From Cystobasidiomycetes sp. EMM_F5 (taxonomy: Eukaryota), in contig JBPGPT010000006.1 of assembly GCA_051047955.1 (NCBI GenBank), positions 496,001-560,000 on the forward strand: 64,000 nt of DNA, read 5' to 3'. A model generated the notes under the pieces. The model had not been told where the DNA came from. It saw only the letters and a program-made list of their open reading frames with translations, and did no database searches. Below are positions 10,964 through 27,357 of the stretch, one piece after another (within the stretch, counting starts at the first letter, position 1; each line of letters begins with the position of its first letter). The position numbers were made by a program, and so were the translations under genes.

Positions 10964-12802
10964 ATGCCGCAACGTGTGTCGTCAGAAGATGCTCCGTTGC
11001 TGAGCCAGCGACTGCCCCCGATTGGAGACAACGGCCATGTACTGCTCACAAAGTACCAGCCGAGAAGGAACGAAAGACTCATTGCGTATTTGTGCTTTCT
11101 TGTACTTGGGGTAAGCGTACACTGCGCGTAAATGGCCAATGCTTCTGACTGGAAACGTTACAAACAGGCTATAGTACTGCTTCCGTGGTAAGATTCGCCA
11201 TACGTCAGTAATCGCACGCTTGATTAAGCTTACAGCCTGTTCGGATGATGTGTAGGAACCTCCTCATCGTGGTCCTCCCATACTTCAGCTACCGTCTTAC
11301 CGGCCCCTCCAATTTCCTGACCAATTCTGCAATTTCATGGATTCCGTTGGTGTTTACGGCAGGCAATCTCGCCTTCCTGGTCCGGGCCACCTTCGCCCAG
11401 ACCCATCAGGGCGTGTCGAATCTCGAAAAGAAAATAAGTGCATCCATTCCCATCCTTGGCGGTGTTGTTCTCCTCCTGCTCCTATCGACATGGTTCGAGT
11501 TACTACATGGTTGGCCGTACTTTGCATTCATTGTGTGAGTGGCGTGCGATGCGACGCTCCGGCACTGCTTGTGCTGACTTCGAGGCTTGTAATAACAGAT
11601 TCATCAGTGTCGTATGTTCGGCAATATGCGCTATTACGCAAAGCAGCAGTGCAGCGCTCGCTGCGCTGTTTGAAGAGCCATTCTATATCCAAGGTGTAAT
11701 GAGCGGTCAGGGTGCAATTGGCTTCGCTGTGGCTGTTGCCCAATTTCTGGCGGCTGTACGAAGCGAGCACGCTACCGCACCATCGCCAGGCAGTGATCTC
11801 GATGGCATCGAGAAGGACAAGCTTGTACATTCAACAAGTCTCTTCTTCCTCATTTCCGTAAGCTTTATCGTCGTGGCCTGGCTGGCCTGGCTCTCGCTTT
11901 TACGACTTCCGGTATATCAGCATATAGTGCATGAGCGGAAACTGCACGACTCGCAGCAAACGACTCACAACCCGGCAGAAGCTTCACTTTCAGTCATTCG
12001 CGCAATCCCAGATAAAGCACCATCACTTCGACATATCGAGCGAAAGATCCGTCATCTGGGCATTGGACTCTTTTACATCTTTACCATAACGATCGGCCTG
12101 TTTCCAGGGGTCACTACGGCCATTGCCTCCACGGATCAAGAGAGCTGGATCGGTCATAGTCTGGTATGGATACCATTCGGATTTGTCCTTTTCAATACGG
12201 GCGATTGGATTGGACGAGCGCTACCTGGGTCGCAGTATTTCATATTTACAAGCAAAAGAGGCTTGATATCTGCAAGCGCTGCCAGAACTTTATTCATTGT
12301 GCGTTGGCGCTGCGTTGATTGTGACATCAAGCTTCGGCAATTCCGGCTGATGTGATGCTCTCTGTATGCTAGCCTTTGCTTTTGATGTGCAATATCGCTC
12401 CTCAAGCCTCACAAGGTGACTCTTCACCGCCGCCTTACTTCAACAGCGACATCGGTCAGTTGTGTGGGATCCGCGAAAGAGGTTTGCATAGCTGACGACC
12501 ATTTGGCGGTGTCATACCCTGTCGGGACTTTAGCATACATTCTCATTCTACTTCTGTTCGCAGTGTCGAATGGGTATCTCTGCTCTCTGCTCATTATGCG
12601 AGCAGTCGTGGATCCAGCTTTGGAAGCAGACGAAGTCGACATAGCCAGCTCTATCATGCTCGTCTACCTTACCGCCGGCCTCGTATCTGGCGCCATCCTG
12701 AGTTTCGTGAGTCACTTTGTTCGCTACTCAGCAATGCTGTTAGCCCGCGCGCTGACCGCGGCTTCGTGCGCCCGACAGATCATTCGCAGTGCGGCAGTGT
12801 GA
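10964..12802 (+). CDS. Equilibrative nucleoside transporter (ENT/SLC29, Fun26-like)
   Basis: LG-AIVLLPWN after splicing, QGVMSGQG, TIGLFPGVT, FNTGDWIGR, FAVSNGY; many transmembrane segments; N-terminal EDAPLL dileucine-type sorting motif. Confidence 0.9.
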
Positions 12803-13057
12803 GCATTCATCGATAGCTGTTTGTCGCGACGAGTGCTTGCATCATACGCATACTCATAGACGGTCGCTTTGGTGCCCTGCATAGACAACTGTACATTTAC
12901 GAGCACAACATTGCCTGTAGCATACACCCTCAGACAGCAAATCGACGCACCACCTCCCTTCCTTCGCTCTTTCGGATCTATTACTACTGAATAAAATTTT
13001 GATTTGGTGTGAGGGCGGATTCCTTTGGATAGGTCTCTTTCATTGTCCATTGTGGAC

Positions 13058-15878
13058 TTATGTTGCGATTGAAGCGCTCTCCTGGCTGGCTGTGGGCGGT
13101 GCCATCAATGCACTATCGTCGCCGTTGTCCAGGGATTCAAGGAGATTCTTGATTAAGACATCGTCTACCTCTTGAGGGTTCATACCGCAGCCGAGTGCAA
13201 TCAGTTTACGGTACTGTGAAATCTTGTCGCCTGTTCCTGCGTCGGCTTGGAGTTTTGCAAAGTTTTCAAACAGATCCTTGCGTACGTGGCGCAGCCGCTG
13301 TAGAGCTTCATACTGCGTTTGAATAGCAGCTTGCAGATTCGCATCGGTCGGTTGACCGTTGACAGCCGGAAGTGGGGCATAGAGACTCTGCAGATCCGCC
13401 GGTGCATGAGCAAGCCCGCCATTTGAGTATGACACGGTCGGAGGCTGGTCGGATCTATTGATGCTGATGTACTTTCGCTGCTTTTCGTCCTCGTCGCGAA
13501 CATACTTTTCCCAGCCTACCCGAAACCTCTTTCCCATCTTGTCTTGTAGCTCGAATTGTAGTTGCTGCTCCTTTGCTTTGCAGGCTTCAAGTGTGTCTGC
13601 TTGCGTACGAAGATGAGCTGCTTGCCTCTGATCTTCTACGACTTCAGCTTGAATGCTCGCAAGCATTGCGTGGGCTTGCGCAATGTCTCGCTCCTTGTCC
13701 TGTAGTTCCGCATCGTATGCAGACGCAAGAGCATCGAGCTGCTCGCTCATTTGAGGAATGACCTGCGCGGCGGTGCGGTGTCCAGTCTCGGAAAAATGCA
13801 GCTGTTGTGGTACTACCTGCACTGCAGCTGCTGCAGCTATGGGGTATGTCGGAGATTGATGTACTGAATTTGCCACGATTTGACCCGAATCGTTTGTGTA
13901 GTACCCATTTGGCTGCTGAATGGCCATTACAGCCTGTGTTTCACTAGGTTGAATTTGCGTCGGGTACACGACCTGCTGCATTACCTGCTCGGGAGTGGGC
14001 AAGCCAGCAATTTCCGAAACTGCGACCTGCTGCTCTGCCGAGCGGAAGCGCTCGTCTTCCAAAATATAGTCCTCTGCACTTTTACCGTCCCTATTTGTGA
14101 TCTTGGGATCCGCACCGTGGTTGAGCAAGATTCGCACAAGATTCTTACTTCGTGCTCGTGCAGCCAGCGTTAACGCAGTTTCGCCTTCTTCATCCTGAAA
14201 ATTCAAGATGTCGGCGACTTCGCGGGGATATTCCTTGAGGCGATCTAAAACGACCTCGAGATAGTATCTCGCGGCGTGCGCCTTGCCCTTCTGTAACGCA
14301 ATGTCCACAATGTAGTGAAACACTGTTCGATCGTTTCGGTCGATATTGATGGTAGACCGATGCAACAGCTCAAACAGCTCTGGAAACTTGCGCAAGTCGT
14401 AATTGTTGGTAAACATGACTGAGCGCATGAGTGCTGTCTGGCCCATCGCATTGGCTCGGAAGATGTCGGCACCGGCTGTCAAGAGGAGCTTTACGATTCT
14501 GATACGTCCCATTGCGCATGCCCAATGCAGAGCTGTATGTCCGTCATCGTCAATGACTACATTCGGATCAAAGTCCGCGGGAGGAGAGATGAGAAACGAG
14601 GGTATCTGTGCTGATTCCGATACGAAATAGTCCAAGATCATACGGGCGTAGACGGCCGGACCACCTTGCGACTGCCGAGCGGCTCCAAGTTGCTGCTGCA
14701 GTTGCGCTGGGATGCCACTGCCTTGATTGTTGTCAACGTCTACCCGATCGTGCTTGCGTTTACGCCCTGTCGGACCAGATTGCTGAGATGGGCGGCCGTA
14801 CACGGAATCGAAATCTGATTGCCCGGCATCGGAGGCGAAGGGCGAGGGAGTACGCGATGCGCTGCTCCCTGCTCCTTCAGAGACTTGCGTAGTTATATCC
14901 CCGTCGTCAAACTGCTCGACTTTGGAGAGTTGCGAGTCTATATACACAGGATGCTCGTTAAGAGGCGCTCTAGACGCGCCAGCGGGCGGTCGAGCTTGTC
15001 GGGATGCAACACCAGACGTACTCGCCGCTGGAAGAGCAGTAGCTTGGGGTGGTAAGGGTGGTAAAGGACCGCCGATCGGAGCGACACTGGCTGGTGTAGC
15101 CGTTCGCTTCTGTCGGGGCCCTTTTGGTGCGGCAGTCAGATGTTTTGGTGCAGGTGGCGGTGAAGCACCCGCAGGTGGAACGTAGTCAATAATGGGCATG
15201 AGAAGCTCAGCTACCATGTATTGCTTGGACAATGCCAATCCCCTATCGGGTGGAATCCAAGTCCCTGCGCGTATTAGTGCCGTCATTTCGCACAGTGAGA
15301 CAATTCGGTGGAAAGATGTGCATCTGATGAGCAATGTGTCGCCTCGAAAGCATAGAAAACCGCCTCACCTTGGTATTTGCCATATCCACCTTGCACTTTT
15401 TCGTGGGTACCCTTCTGCACCTCGCGCTCGAGAACACGAGTCCTCTGCGGTTTATCGAACCCGGCGACCTTGAGGATCTGTGTACAAACATGGGATTGCG
15501 TGTAGTCACGGCACGTCGACGCCAGGGTAGCATTGTTGACGGGAAACGCGGCCGAATGCGGGAGTTGATAGCGATCGCGTCGCGAGCGAGCACAATGAAG
15601 CGAAGACGGAGAAACAAAGCAGCGAGCACAGACAGCTTTCGTCAGTGAGTGCCGACATGGCAGTGCACTACTCTATGAGCCTACCTGTGTCGCGTTGAGC
15701 CAGCCGTCCGACCTGCGCTTCATGACTGCTACGCCTTTACACGGCATTTCGTAGACGGGGACGCTCGAGTACGTCGCCTTGAAGATGTCTGGAGACGACA
15801 CGGTCAAAGTGCTCAGTATATCTGCATGCCCAACACTTTATTCATCACTCCCTCGCCCAGCTCACCCGGTGCCGCCAT
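13058..15878 (-). CDS. MBP1: APSES/KilA-N plus ankyrin G1/S transcription factor (Mbp1/Swi4/Res1/Res2 family)
   Basis: Spliced N-terminus [19 protein letters not shown]...[55 protein letters not shown]; ankyrin [13 protein letters not shown] and [11 protein letters not shown]-terminal coiled coil. Confidence 0.92.
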
Positions 15879-16909
15879 GGCTGGCTGCTTTCTGTTTGCT
15901 TCCTCTAATAGCCAGCGCGTCCAAACTTTCCGAGTTGTCAGTGCCAGCCACGCGAGCAGCGTTCCAATGGCAGTCCTGGCAGCAGTGTGCAGTAGGAGCA
16001 ATAGTAGTCCAGGTATGCGAATGGCCTATCTGCAACTGGGTCAAGAGCAAGCAGGGCGGATTCAATTCCAAAACCCGGTTTCATTTGAGGGCGACCAGCT
16101 TGGAAAACAATCAATCAGCGACAACGACCGTACAAGCTGCTGAGCCATGTCTGAGCATCTGGCGTCAGCGGAGGATATGCGGAGCAACAGGCTGCCGCTC
16201 GGGTGGGCCAGAGGCGTCCCATTTGGCCTAGCCTGGTGGAGCTGATGTTGGCAATGACCGCTGGTCTACTCGCAGCTGGAGGGACAATTGCAGTGGACTG
16301 CTCATACCGCTGCAAAAGTGCAGACATGCGACGCTGTATGCACCGTGGAGTGAGCAGGACTGGTGTCTGATCGCTTTCAAACCAAAGCTGATGGTTGATT
16401 TGACGCAGAGTGCGAGGATGAGAGGTGAGCGGGTGGTGAACTCGTCTGTATTGGGCAATACTCAAGAGATCTACTCGTCCCCAGGCATACCTACGAAAAG
16501 TGAGTAGTGTCACAGCCATCGTTCCTGTAATCGCTTCTGACATTCGAGTACACAGATGCCAATACGACGAGTACGATGATGTATAGCTGCATTCATGGGA
16601 CCCCACTGACTCCTCCTACAGCTTCGTCGCACGCATGAAGCAGTTATCAAGGGAGAAGAGCGAGGAGTAGTGGTCACTCGGCTCCATGGCTCAGCGCTAC
16701 GAGCAGAAAGGCTATGTGGGGCAGAGGTTGATATACTGTACAAGACTGTATAGTGTTGAGCGAGCGAGAATGCATTCCGAGGTGGAACGACAATCTGACT
16801 GCACCGGGCATGCGTCCGAACGTGGTCATCCCGCCGTATACTGTAGTGACGGGTTCACTGGAGCTAACCGACTAATTGCACAACATTGCAATACTAATCC
16901 TGTCGTGTG

Positions 16910-18372
16910 TCACCTCCTAGAATATTTGTGAACGCATTCGAGGAAGACTGTGCATCAAGTAAAGGGTCTCAGTCTACTATGCCACACTCTCTCATCGTGA
17001 CAAGGACGGTGACTTACACTTCATAGCTTCCGGATCGACACTAGGCGTGATACCATGACCAAGGTTGGCAATATGACCCAACTTTCTGCCTGCTTCCGTA
17101 GAAAGGAACCCATATTCTCCCAAGAACATGTCTTTGACTGTTGCATCCAACACTTCGTTGCCCGCGTACAGAGTCGTGGGATCCATATTGCCTTGCAATG
17201 CGACGTTATACTGCTCCGTGATGCTGCGCGCTTCCGCAGGATCGATACACCAGTCCAGTCCAACCACATCAAATCCTGCTCTTGCTAGATCCGGTATCGC
17301 ATAGTTTGCGCCTTTGGCAAACACCGTCACTGGGACGACCCGATCACCTCGTTGTCGTACAATCTCCCTCGTTCCCTCCCTTACGATCCTAAGCATCTCC
17401 ACAAGGACCGGCAGCTCAAACTCTCTAAAATCTCTCGGTGCAAGCTCTCCTGCCCACGAGTCGAAAATCTGAACGAGCTGTGCGCCCGCTCTCACTTGCT
17501 CTACGAGGAACTCGGCTGCCACTCGTCCGATAGTATACAGCAGAGCTTTCGCTTCTTTGCGATGCGTAAAGAGCATCATTTTCGCCTTCATAAACGTCTT
17601 GCTGCCCCCGCCTTCGACCATGTACGCCATCAGCGTCCACGGCGCCCCGCAGAACCCGATAAGCGGTACTTGGCCTTGTAGAAGGTGTCGGGTGAGAGTT
17701 ATGGCTTTGTAAACATAAGAGAGGGAAGATTTTACGTCGTATTGCTTGTTTGCGAGCTCTACGGCTTCTTCGACGCTTTGGATGGGGTTGGGGAAATGAG
17801 GTCCGATGTCAGGCAGCATTTCGACCTGCATTCATACGCAGATATTAGCGAGCGACAAGCGACGGAGAAGCAAGACGCACCTCCATACCCATTGCTTGCG
17901 GAATCACTAGAATATCAGAAAAGATGATGGCAGCGTCCAACAGCCCCGCATAACGTCGTACAGGCTGTATTGTAATTTCCGCTGCGAGTTCTGGAGTCCG
18001 ACAGATCTTGAAGAAGCCGTACTGACTCCGGAGATGCCTGAATTCGGGAAGGTAGCGTCCTGCCTGTCTCATCACCCAGACGGGCGAGCGAGGAAGATTG
18101 GGTCTGCCCAGTGCTGCATCTAGCAGTAGTGTATTTTCGACATGTGGGAAATTGACGGGTTCGTAGAATTCGGAAGGATAGCTGGTGGGAGGGTGGTCGT
18201 AGGAAGGGGTAAATGTGGGAGGGAGATGGTTGGCGGACGACGTGGATGCTTTTGGCTTGCTGTGCGACTGCTGCTTTGGCGGTGAAGCTGCGTCGTCTAA
18301 AGTTGACAATGTCGATGACGGCGCTGCGTCGGCTTGAGCTGCAGAGGGAGGAGCCGCATCTCGGGCAGTCAT
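16910..18372 (-). CDS. HEM12: Uroporphyrinogen decarboxylase
   Basis: [67 protein letters not shown]; two introns. Confidence 0.97.
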
Positions 18373-18647
18373 GGCAGTAGATCAACTCGGTGCAAGGTGC
18401 AAGGACAAGCTGCAATGTCCATTCCACTTGCATCAATATCCCCGATCAATCGATGTATGCACTTCTGAAACCGTTGCTTGAAACGGCCTTCTCGACGAGA
18501 ATTCTGAGCCTGCAATGGTCTGCCTTGAAAATCACACCTGAACCATCCTCAACGAGCTGCGCAGACTCCCTCGCCAGCTCACACTATGCTCGGATAGCAC
18601 ACTCACTCTAAATCACGTCCGGTTATCCACGACCACATCTCGAAACA

Positions 18648-21950
<3,303 letters not shown>

Positions 21951-22323
21951 GGCGCAAATACGATTTTTCACGTCTGTATCATTTCAATCCGGATTTTTCT
22001 TCTTCTTGGACGCGGCACTGTCCACCTGCAGCTATCTATCGTTATTTCACCAGCGGGGCTGTAAGATGCGACTTTGCAAGGAAGCACCGTCGAGGATACT
22101 GATTCTGTCTCGTCCGCCTCGAATATGTTTGCCGACCATGTTTGTTTACGCAGTATCTCTATGATGACCCCGGCAGAGTCGCGTAATCGCGCTGGGACGA
22201 GAGTAGTCTAATATCGTTGTACCAGCGTACACAGAAGCATTGATTGATTGATTGCCACTGATTGCTGTGGATCAAGCGGTGTTGTAACGAAATGATGATA
22301 AGGCCATTCTTTCGCCCCGACCA

Positions 22324-23431
22324 ATGTTCAGACCATGTATAGACTTGCACAATGGTCAGGTAAAGCAAATTGTAGGCGGTAGCCTGTCCGACAATCAAGA
22401 CAGCCTCAAGACGAACTTTGTCGCATCGCAAGTAGGAGTGACGCCTTGTTTACGCGAGCGAAATCTGATTTCGACAGCCTACTGCAGACAACCGCCGGCA
22501 TACTTTGCCAACCTGTACAAGAAGCACAACCTTCGTGGAGGACATATCATCAAACTTGGTCCGGGCAACGATGATGCTGCGAAAGAAGCCCTTCAAGCCT
22601 GGCCAAGTTCGTTGTCCTATCGAGCTTAAAATGCAACTACGCTAACACGAAAATTCAGATGCAATGCATCTAGGCGGAGGCATTACTGCCGAGAACGCGC
22701 AATCTTGGATAGATGCGGGTGCCGAGAAGGTCATAGTGACATCGTACCTCTTTCCGCAAGCGAAGTTCGACCTGCAGCGTTTGAAAACGCTCTGTAGGAA
22801 CATCGGTAAAGACAGGTTGGTAGTTGATGTCAGGTGCATATTCATATCGCATGCGTAGCTTGTCGCAAGCTTATGGATTGCGCCCGTGATAGCTGCCGAA
22901 AGAGGGGCGACCGCTGGATCGTAGCCATGAACCGCTGGCAGGACCTCACAGACATGGAAGTCAATCAAGGTAAGCTCTGACATTATATCTTCGGCCCGCC
23001 AGCATTCAAAGACAGGTCTGGCAGAATGTCTTGCCCTATTGGCTGAATACTGCAGCGAATTCCTCATTCACGCCGCGGATGTGGAAGGCCTGTGTCAGGG
23101 TATCGACGAACAGCTTGTGGAGAGTGCGTAATACACTCTTGTGTATAAGCTTGTCACCGAACCTCGTTGCAGAACTCGGAGATTGGGTCACTATCCCGAC
23201 CACTTATGCCGGAGGTGCTAGAGGTCAGAGCTGCTTTGTGCAGGAACTTTGGCAACAACACTGAATTGTGATCTCTTTGCAGATTTATCGGATCTGGCAA
23301 AGGTTGCTGTTCTGTCCCACGGCAAAGTCGACCTCACCTTCGGGAGCGCTCTGAACATTTTTGGTGGTAAGGGTGTGACGCTCCTCGAGCTCGTAAAATG
23401 GAATGAAGGGCGCTTGGAGCTTTCAAAGTAA
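22324..23431 (+). CDS. HIS6: ProFAR isomerase (eukaryotic His6 type)
   Basis: [67 protein letters not shown]. Confidence 0.96.
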
Positions 23432-23712
23432 CGGCGTCGTTAATGTACGTCGTCGATATAGGGGCTCAGTCAGTATGCCCGCAGTAACGGAAAGCATTAA
23501 AATCCGATGCTCGGTAGATTCTGACCAATATAGATCGTACACAACGTAGCCAGAGCGCGTAACAACGACAAGACTCCTTAAGAACATGTATAACCAAAAT
23601 GACATAAGGTAACAAAGCGCTTCAAATAAATAATGTTACCAACGGCTGTCCCATAACCGCGCACACCCCTTACTCCACCAAGCACTACCGCACCGACTTC
23701 TTGACTGTACTT

Positions 23713-26700
23713 TTATACTGCTTTGGCCTTCTTGCCCTTGCCATTCATGAAGGCCGAGCCCTTGACGGCGCTTTGGAGAATGATCACACTGGAAGCTGAC
23801 CCACTAGCGACTAGAGCCGAGCCAAGATCACCCAGTGTCTTTCTCACTTCGGACGATGCTGCAATACCGAGGGACTTGATGCCGTTCTGACCGGTTGCCA
23901 CCTTCTCCTTCAAATAACTCTCCAGTTCGACGCGATGGCTTGGAGCGGAATGCCTAGATCGACCAACAATGACGAGGACGGATCGCGAAGCGTTGCGCAA
24001 GGACTGAAGTGTCAGAAGAGACGCATGGAGAGGGTTTGGCGTATTTATGGTTTCGAAAATGACACGTCTGCCAGCCTCAGCAAGACGAGGGGTTGCAACG
24101 TTCGAAGCATCGCTAGAACCGGATGCACCGAGGATATTTGCCGGGAAGTAGCGAGCTAGAGCAAGATTATCGGCAGTATCAGAAGCCAAGCGATGTTGTG
24201 TATTATGAGCGCCCGCATAGACCGTATCTTGGTGACCTTGTCCTCCACCAATAGTCAGCTGGTTGATGGGGGAGATCGGAGAAGATGAAGATTCGGGCGC
24301 CAGTCCTCCTGTTGACATGGTTTTGGAGCTGTCGATGTCAAGCGCGTTCGCGGCCGTCCTGACGAATCTTGCAACCGTTGCAGTCATATCGGCATTGTTG
24401 GAGACCAGCTGCATGACAAAGTCCAACGCCGCACGGTCATCTGGACCACCGTGGAAGGGAAGGTAGATGTGTTTGTGGTGTGCGGCAGCAGTGGAATTCG
24501 CGGAGACACCGCCATCGAGAACAAGCGCTACATCCGATGGCGATTCCAGGAAGACCTGTCGGACAAATGATGCGTACTGCGGGGATCTTTCCAGAGCAGC
24601 GTTACCAAACAGGGATTCGAGTCGCATCGCACTCGGCGCTTGGTCGGCCGAAGCATCCAAAGCAGTTCCAGCAGCCCAGGGAACGACCACCATGTCTGCA
24701 TTCCTGTTGGCAGCTTGCGAAATAACGCGTTCCGGGAACTCCTCCTGAGGGACGATGGACATGGAAGTTGTGAAAGGAACGGACGCGAGGTTTGCAAAGG
24801 ATCCAAAGATGTTGAGAATGGGATCGCTCTTCATTGTCTGTTCTTCTTCGGAGGCTTTGAAGAGGGAAGAGGTTCGTTCCGTCAAAGGCAGGAGGCGATG
24901 TGCGCTGATGGACACGGTCGGGTTCCTGAGCATCTGTGCTTGTGAAGGAGAAGTTCGTACAGTGCCCTTCTCGAGCTTGTTGACTGCATCTGCCAAGTCA
25001 TGGTCGCCTTCAGCTTTTCTACCTTCGCTCTCGCTGTCTGAGATCGACGAAGCTGATCCAGGGACTTTCGCGGCAGATGGAGTCACAGGAGCCTCAGCAG
25101 TAGTGTCTGCAATATAAGACGGCTGAAGAAGGCGGACAAACGACATGATAGGTGGAAGACTCTCCAATCGTTCCAATACCACCACAAACCGCTTCCTGAA
25201 GTGCTCCTGGTCGCGCGCGGCGGATGCAGCAGAATCGGCAGCCTTGTCTTGTCCGTGCAGGCCAGCCTTCTCATCATCGCGAGGACCGCTGCCACCAGCC
25301 AGTAAACGTTCTTCGGCTTCCTGCTTGGGCCGCCAGTACGATTCGGGATAGAACCACATAGTAAGAGGTGTGGTTGCAAAAGTAGTGACGAGAGCCATAA
25401 CGACAAACATCGCAAAGACCGAATTATTCAGAATGCCGGCGTTCAGGCCGATATTGAGTACGATAAGTTCGACCAGTCTGTGTGCATGCGAGTCAGCCTC
25501 AAGTCCCCAATGTGAATCCTGTGTGATCCATCATTTACCCTTTGCAGCTCATAAGAGCGCCGACCGCCAGAGACTCGCGTACAGGCATACCACATGCTTT
25601 TGCTACGCCACCGCATGATACAAACTTGGAGACGAAGGCGATGATGATGACGCATATCGCCCAACCCCAGATATCTCCGTTGTTAAGAAGTCCAAGATTC
25701 GTCTTCAGTCCAGAAAGGGAAAAGTAGATGGGAATAAAGAGGATGGACACAAAGTCTTCAATCTTTTCCGTTAGGGCAGTTGCAAATCCGTGGTCGTGCG
25801 GAACGACAAGGATACCAACCATAAATGAACCGAAAATGGCGTGGATACCGATAATGTCGGTCAAGAAAGCTCCTGCCAGGACGAGGAAGAATGTCAAGAC
25901 AAGCACGCCTGGTGTAGGGCCATGTTCCAGACTTCCAGATCGGCGGACATAGTCTGCGATTTTCAATAATGAGAGAATGTTAAAGATTGCAAATGCAGGT
26001 ACCTACAGCCGTAGACTGGGCGGACAATGTAAAATAAGAGCAAGCCAAACCCGACTGCACATAGCAAGATGTATACCGCCGATACGCCATTGCCAGCGTT
26101 CGCCAGCGCGACTGCCAGGGCAAGCAGCTGCGAAGAAAAGGAATTAGCTGGATGGAGTGGACAGACAGCCGGCCGGCTGACACTCACAATCCAGCCAACA
26201 ACGTCATTTCCGACACCGGCGGCGAGGACAGTCAGACCGACAGGGTTGCGAAGGAGCTTGAGTTCAGTCAGGATGCGAGCCAGTACTGGGAAAGCCGTAA
26301 TGCTAGGACAGAGGGGTGAGGTTGTGTCAGGACTCATCCGCCACAAATAAAGGAGTATGCGACAGTTGCAAGTCACCACTCACGCCATTGCGGTACCGAT
26401 AAAAAGCAGGAATATGCCAAAATTGACTTGAGACGTGTCTACAAACTTGTTGTAGATGCCAACGCTGACGGCTGCGCCCAGTCCGAATGGGACAACGAGA
26501 CCGACGGAGCTGATGAGGACTGCACGCCTGCCATTGTGTCTAAAGACTGAAAAGTCTGCTTCCAGACCGACCAGAAACAGAAAGAAGACTAGGCCGAGGT
26601 TGGCTACAAGGGTTAGGTTTGCCATTGAGGCCGCTGGAAAGATGGCGTCTGTGAATCCTGGAATGCGACCAAAAACAGACGGACCGAGCAGGAGGCCAGT

Positions 26701-27015
26701 GATGACTTCACTGATGACCCTTGGCTGACGGAGCTTTGCGAGAAGCACGGCGAGCAGTCTGCAAAGTGCAACGATAATAGCGACCTGGATGATGAAGAGC
26801 TTGATTGGATCTGCGGCATCGTAAATGTTGGGCGCCTTGTGGTCGCCGTCGAGGATGCTCTGTGCAGCTGCCTTGGACGGGGCTGCGCTGGCGGGAATTG
26901 AGATTACTGAAGTGACGAGCTGGCCGGCCGTGGCGACGATGGACACTGTCGGAGTTGCGAGAAAGGTGGTAGTGCGACCTGCGACGAGGCTGCTGACGGC
27001 TGAAGTCGACGACAT
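23713..27015 (-). CDS. KHA1: K+/H+ antiporter (CPA2 family)
   Basis: [77 protein letters not shown]. Confidence 0.93.
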
Positions 27016-27357
27016 GGCGGTGTGGTCTCTGATGAGCGCTGAAGAGTCAAGCCAGGCTCGACTTGCACTGCGAAGCGTTGGCTGATGCGCCAAGGGATAT
27101 CAAAGGAGACGCGATCCCTTGTTCCGCCCTTTCCTTTCAGTGCTGAAGGGCCAGCCCGCAGCTCAGATGCTCAAGTATGTTTGCGGTACTTCGCCAGATT
27201 TCTGCGTTTGTAGGTTCGGTAAAAAGGCTGGGACGCGCTGCCTTCTGCGAGTTTGGGCAACCAACGTGTAGAGTGCACTTTGGCGAAATAAGGGGCTTGA
27301 TGACATAAGCATAGTCAGGCTCGAGGAATGCTAGACTTGACACGACAGATGCAGGTA

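Noticed and set aside
16115..16743. Several 70-160 aa ORFs between MBP1 and HEM12
   Set aside because: No consistent exon chain or motif; likely promoter/UTR sequence.
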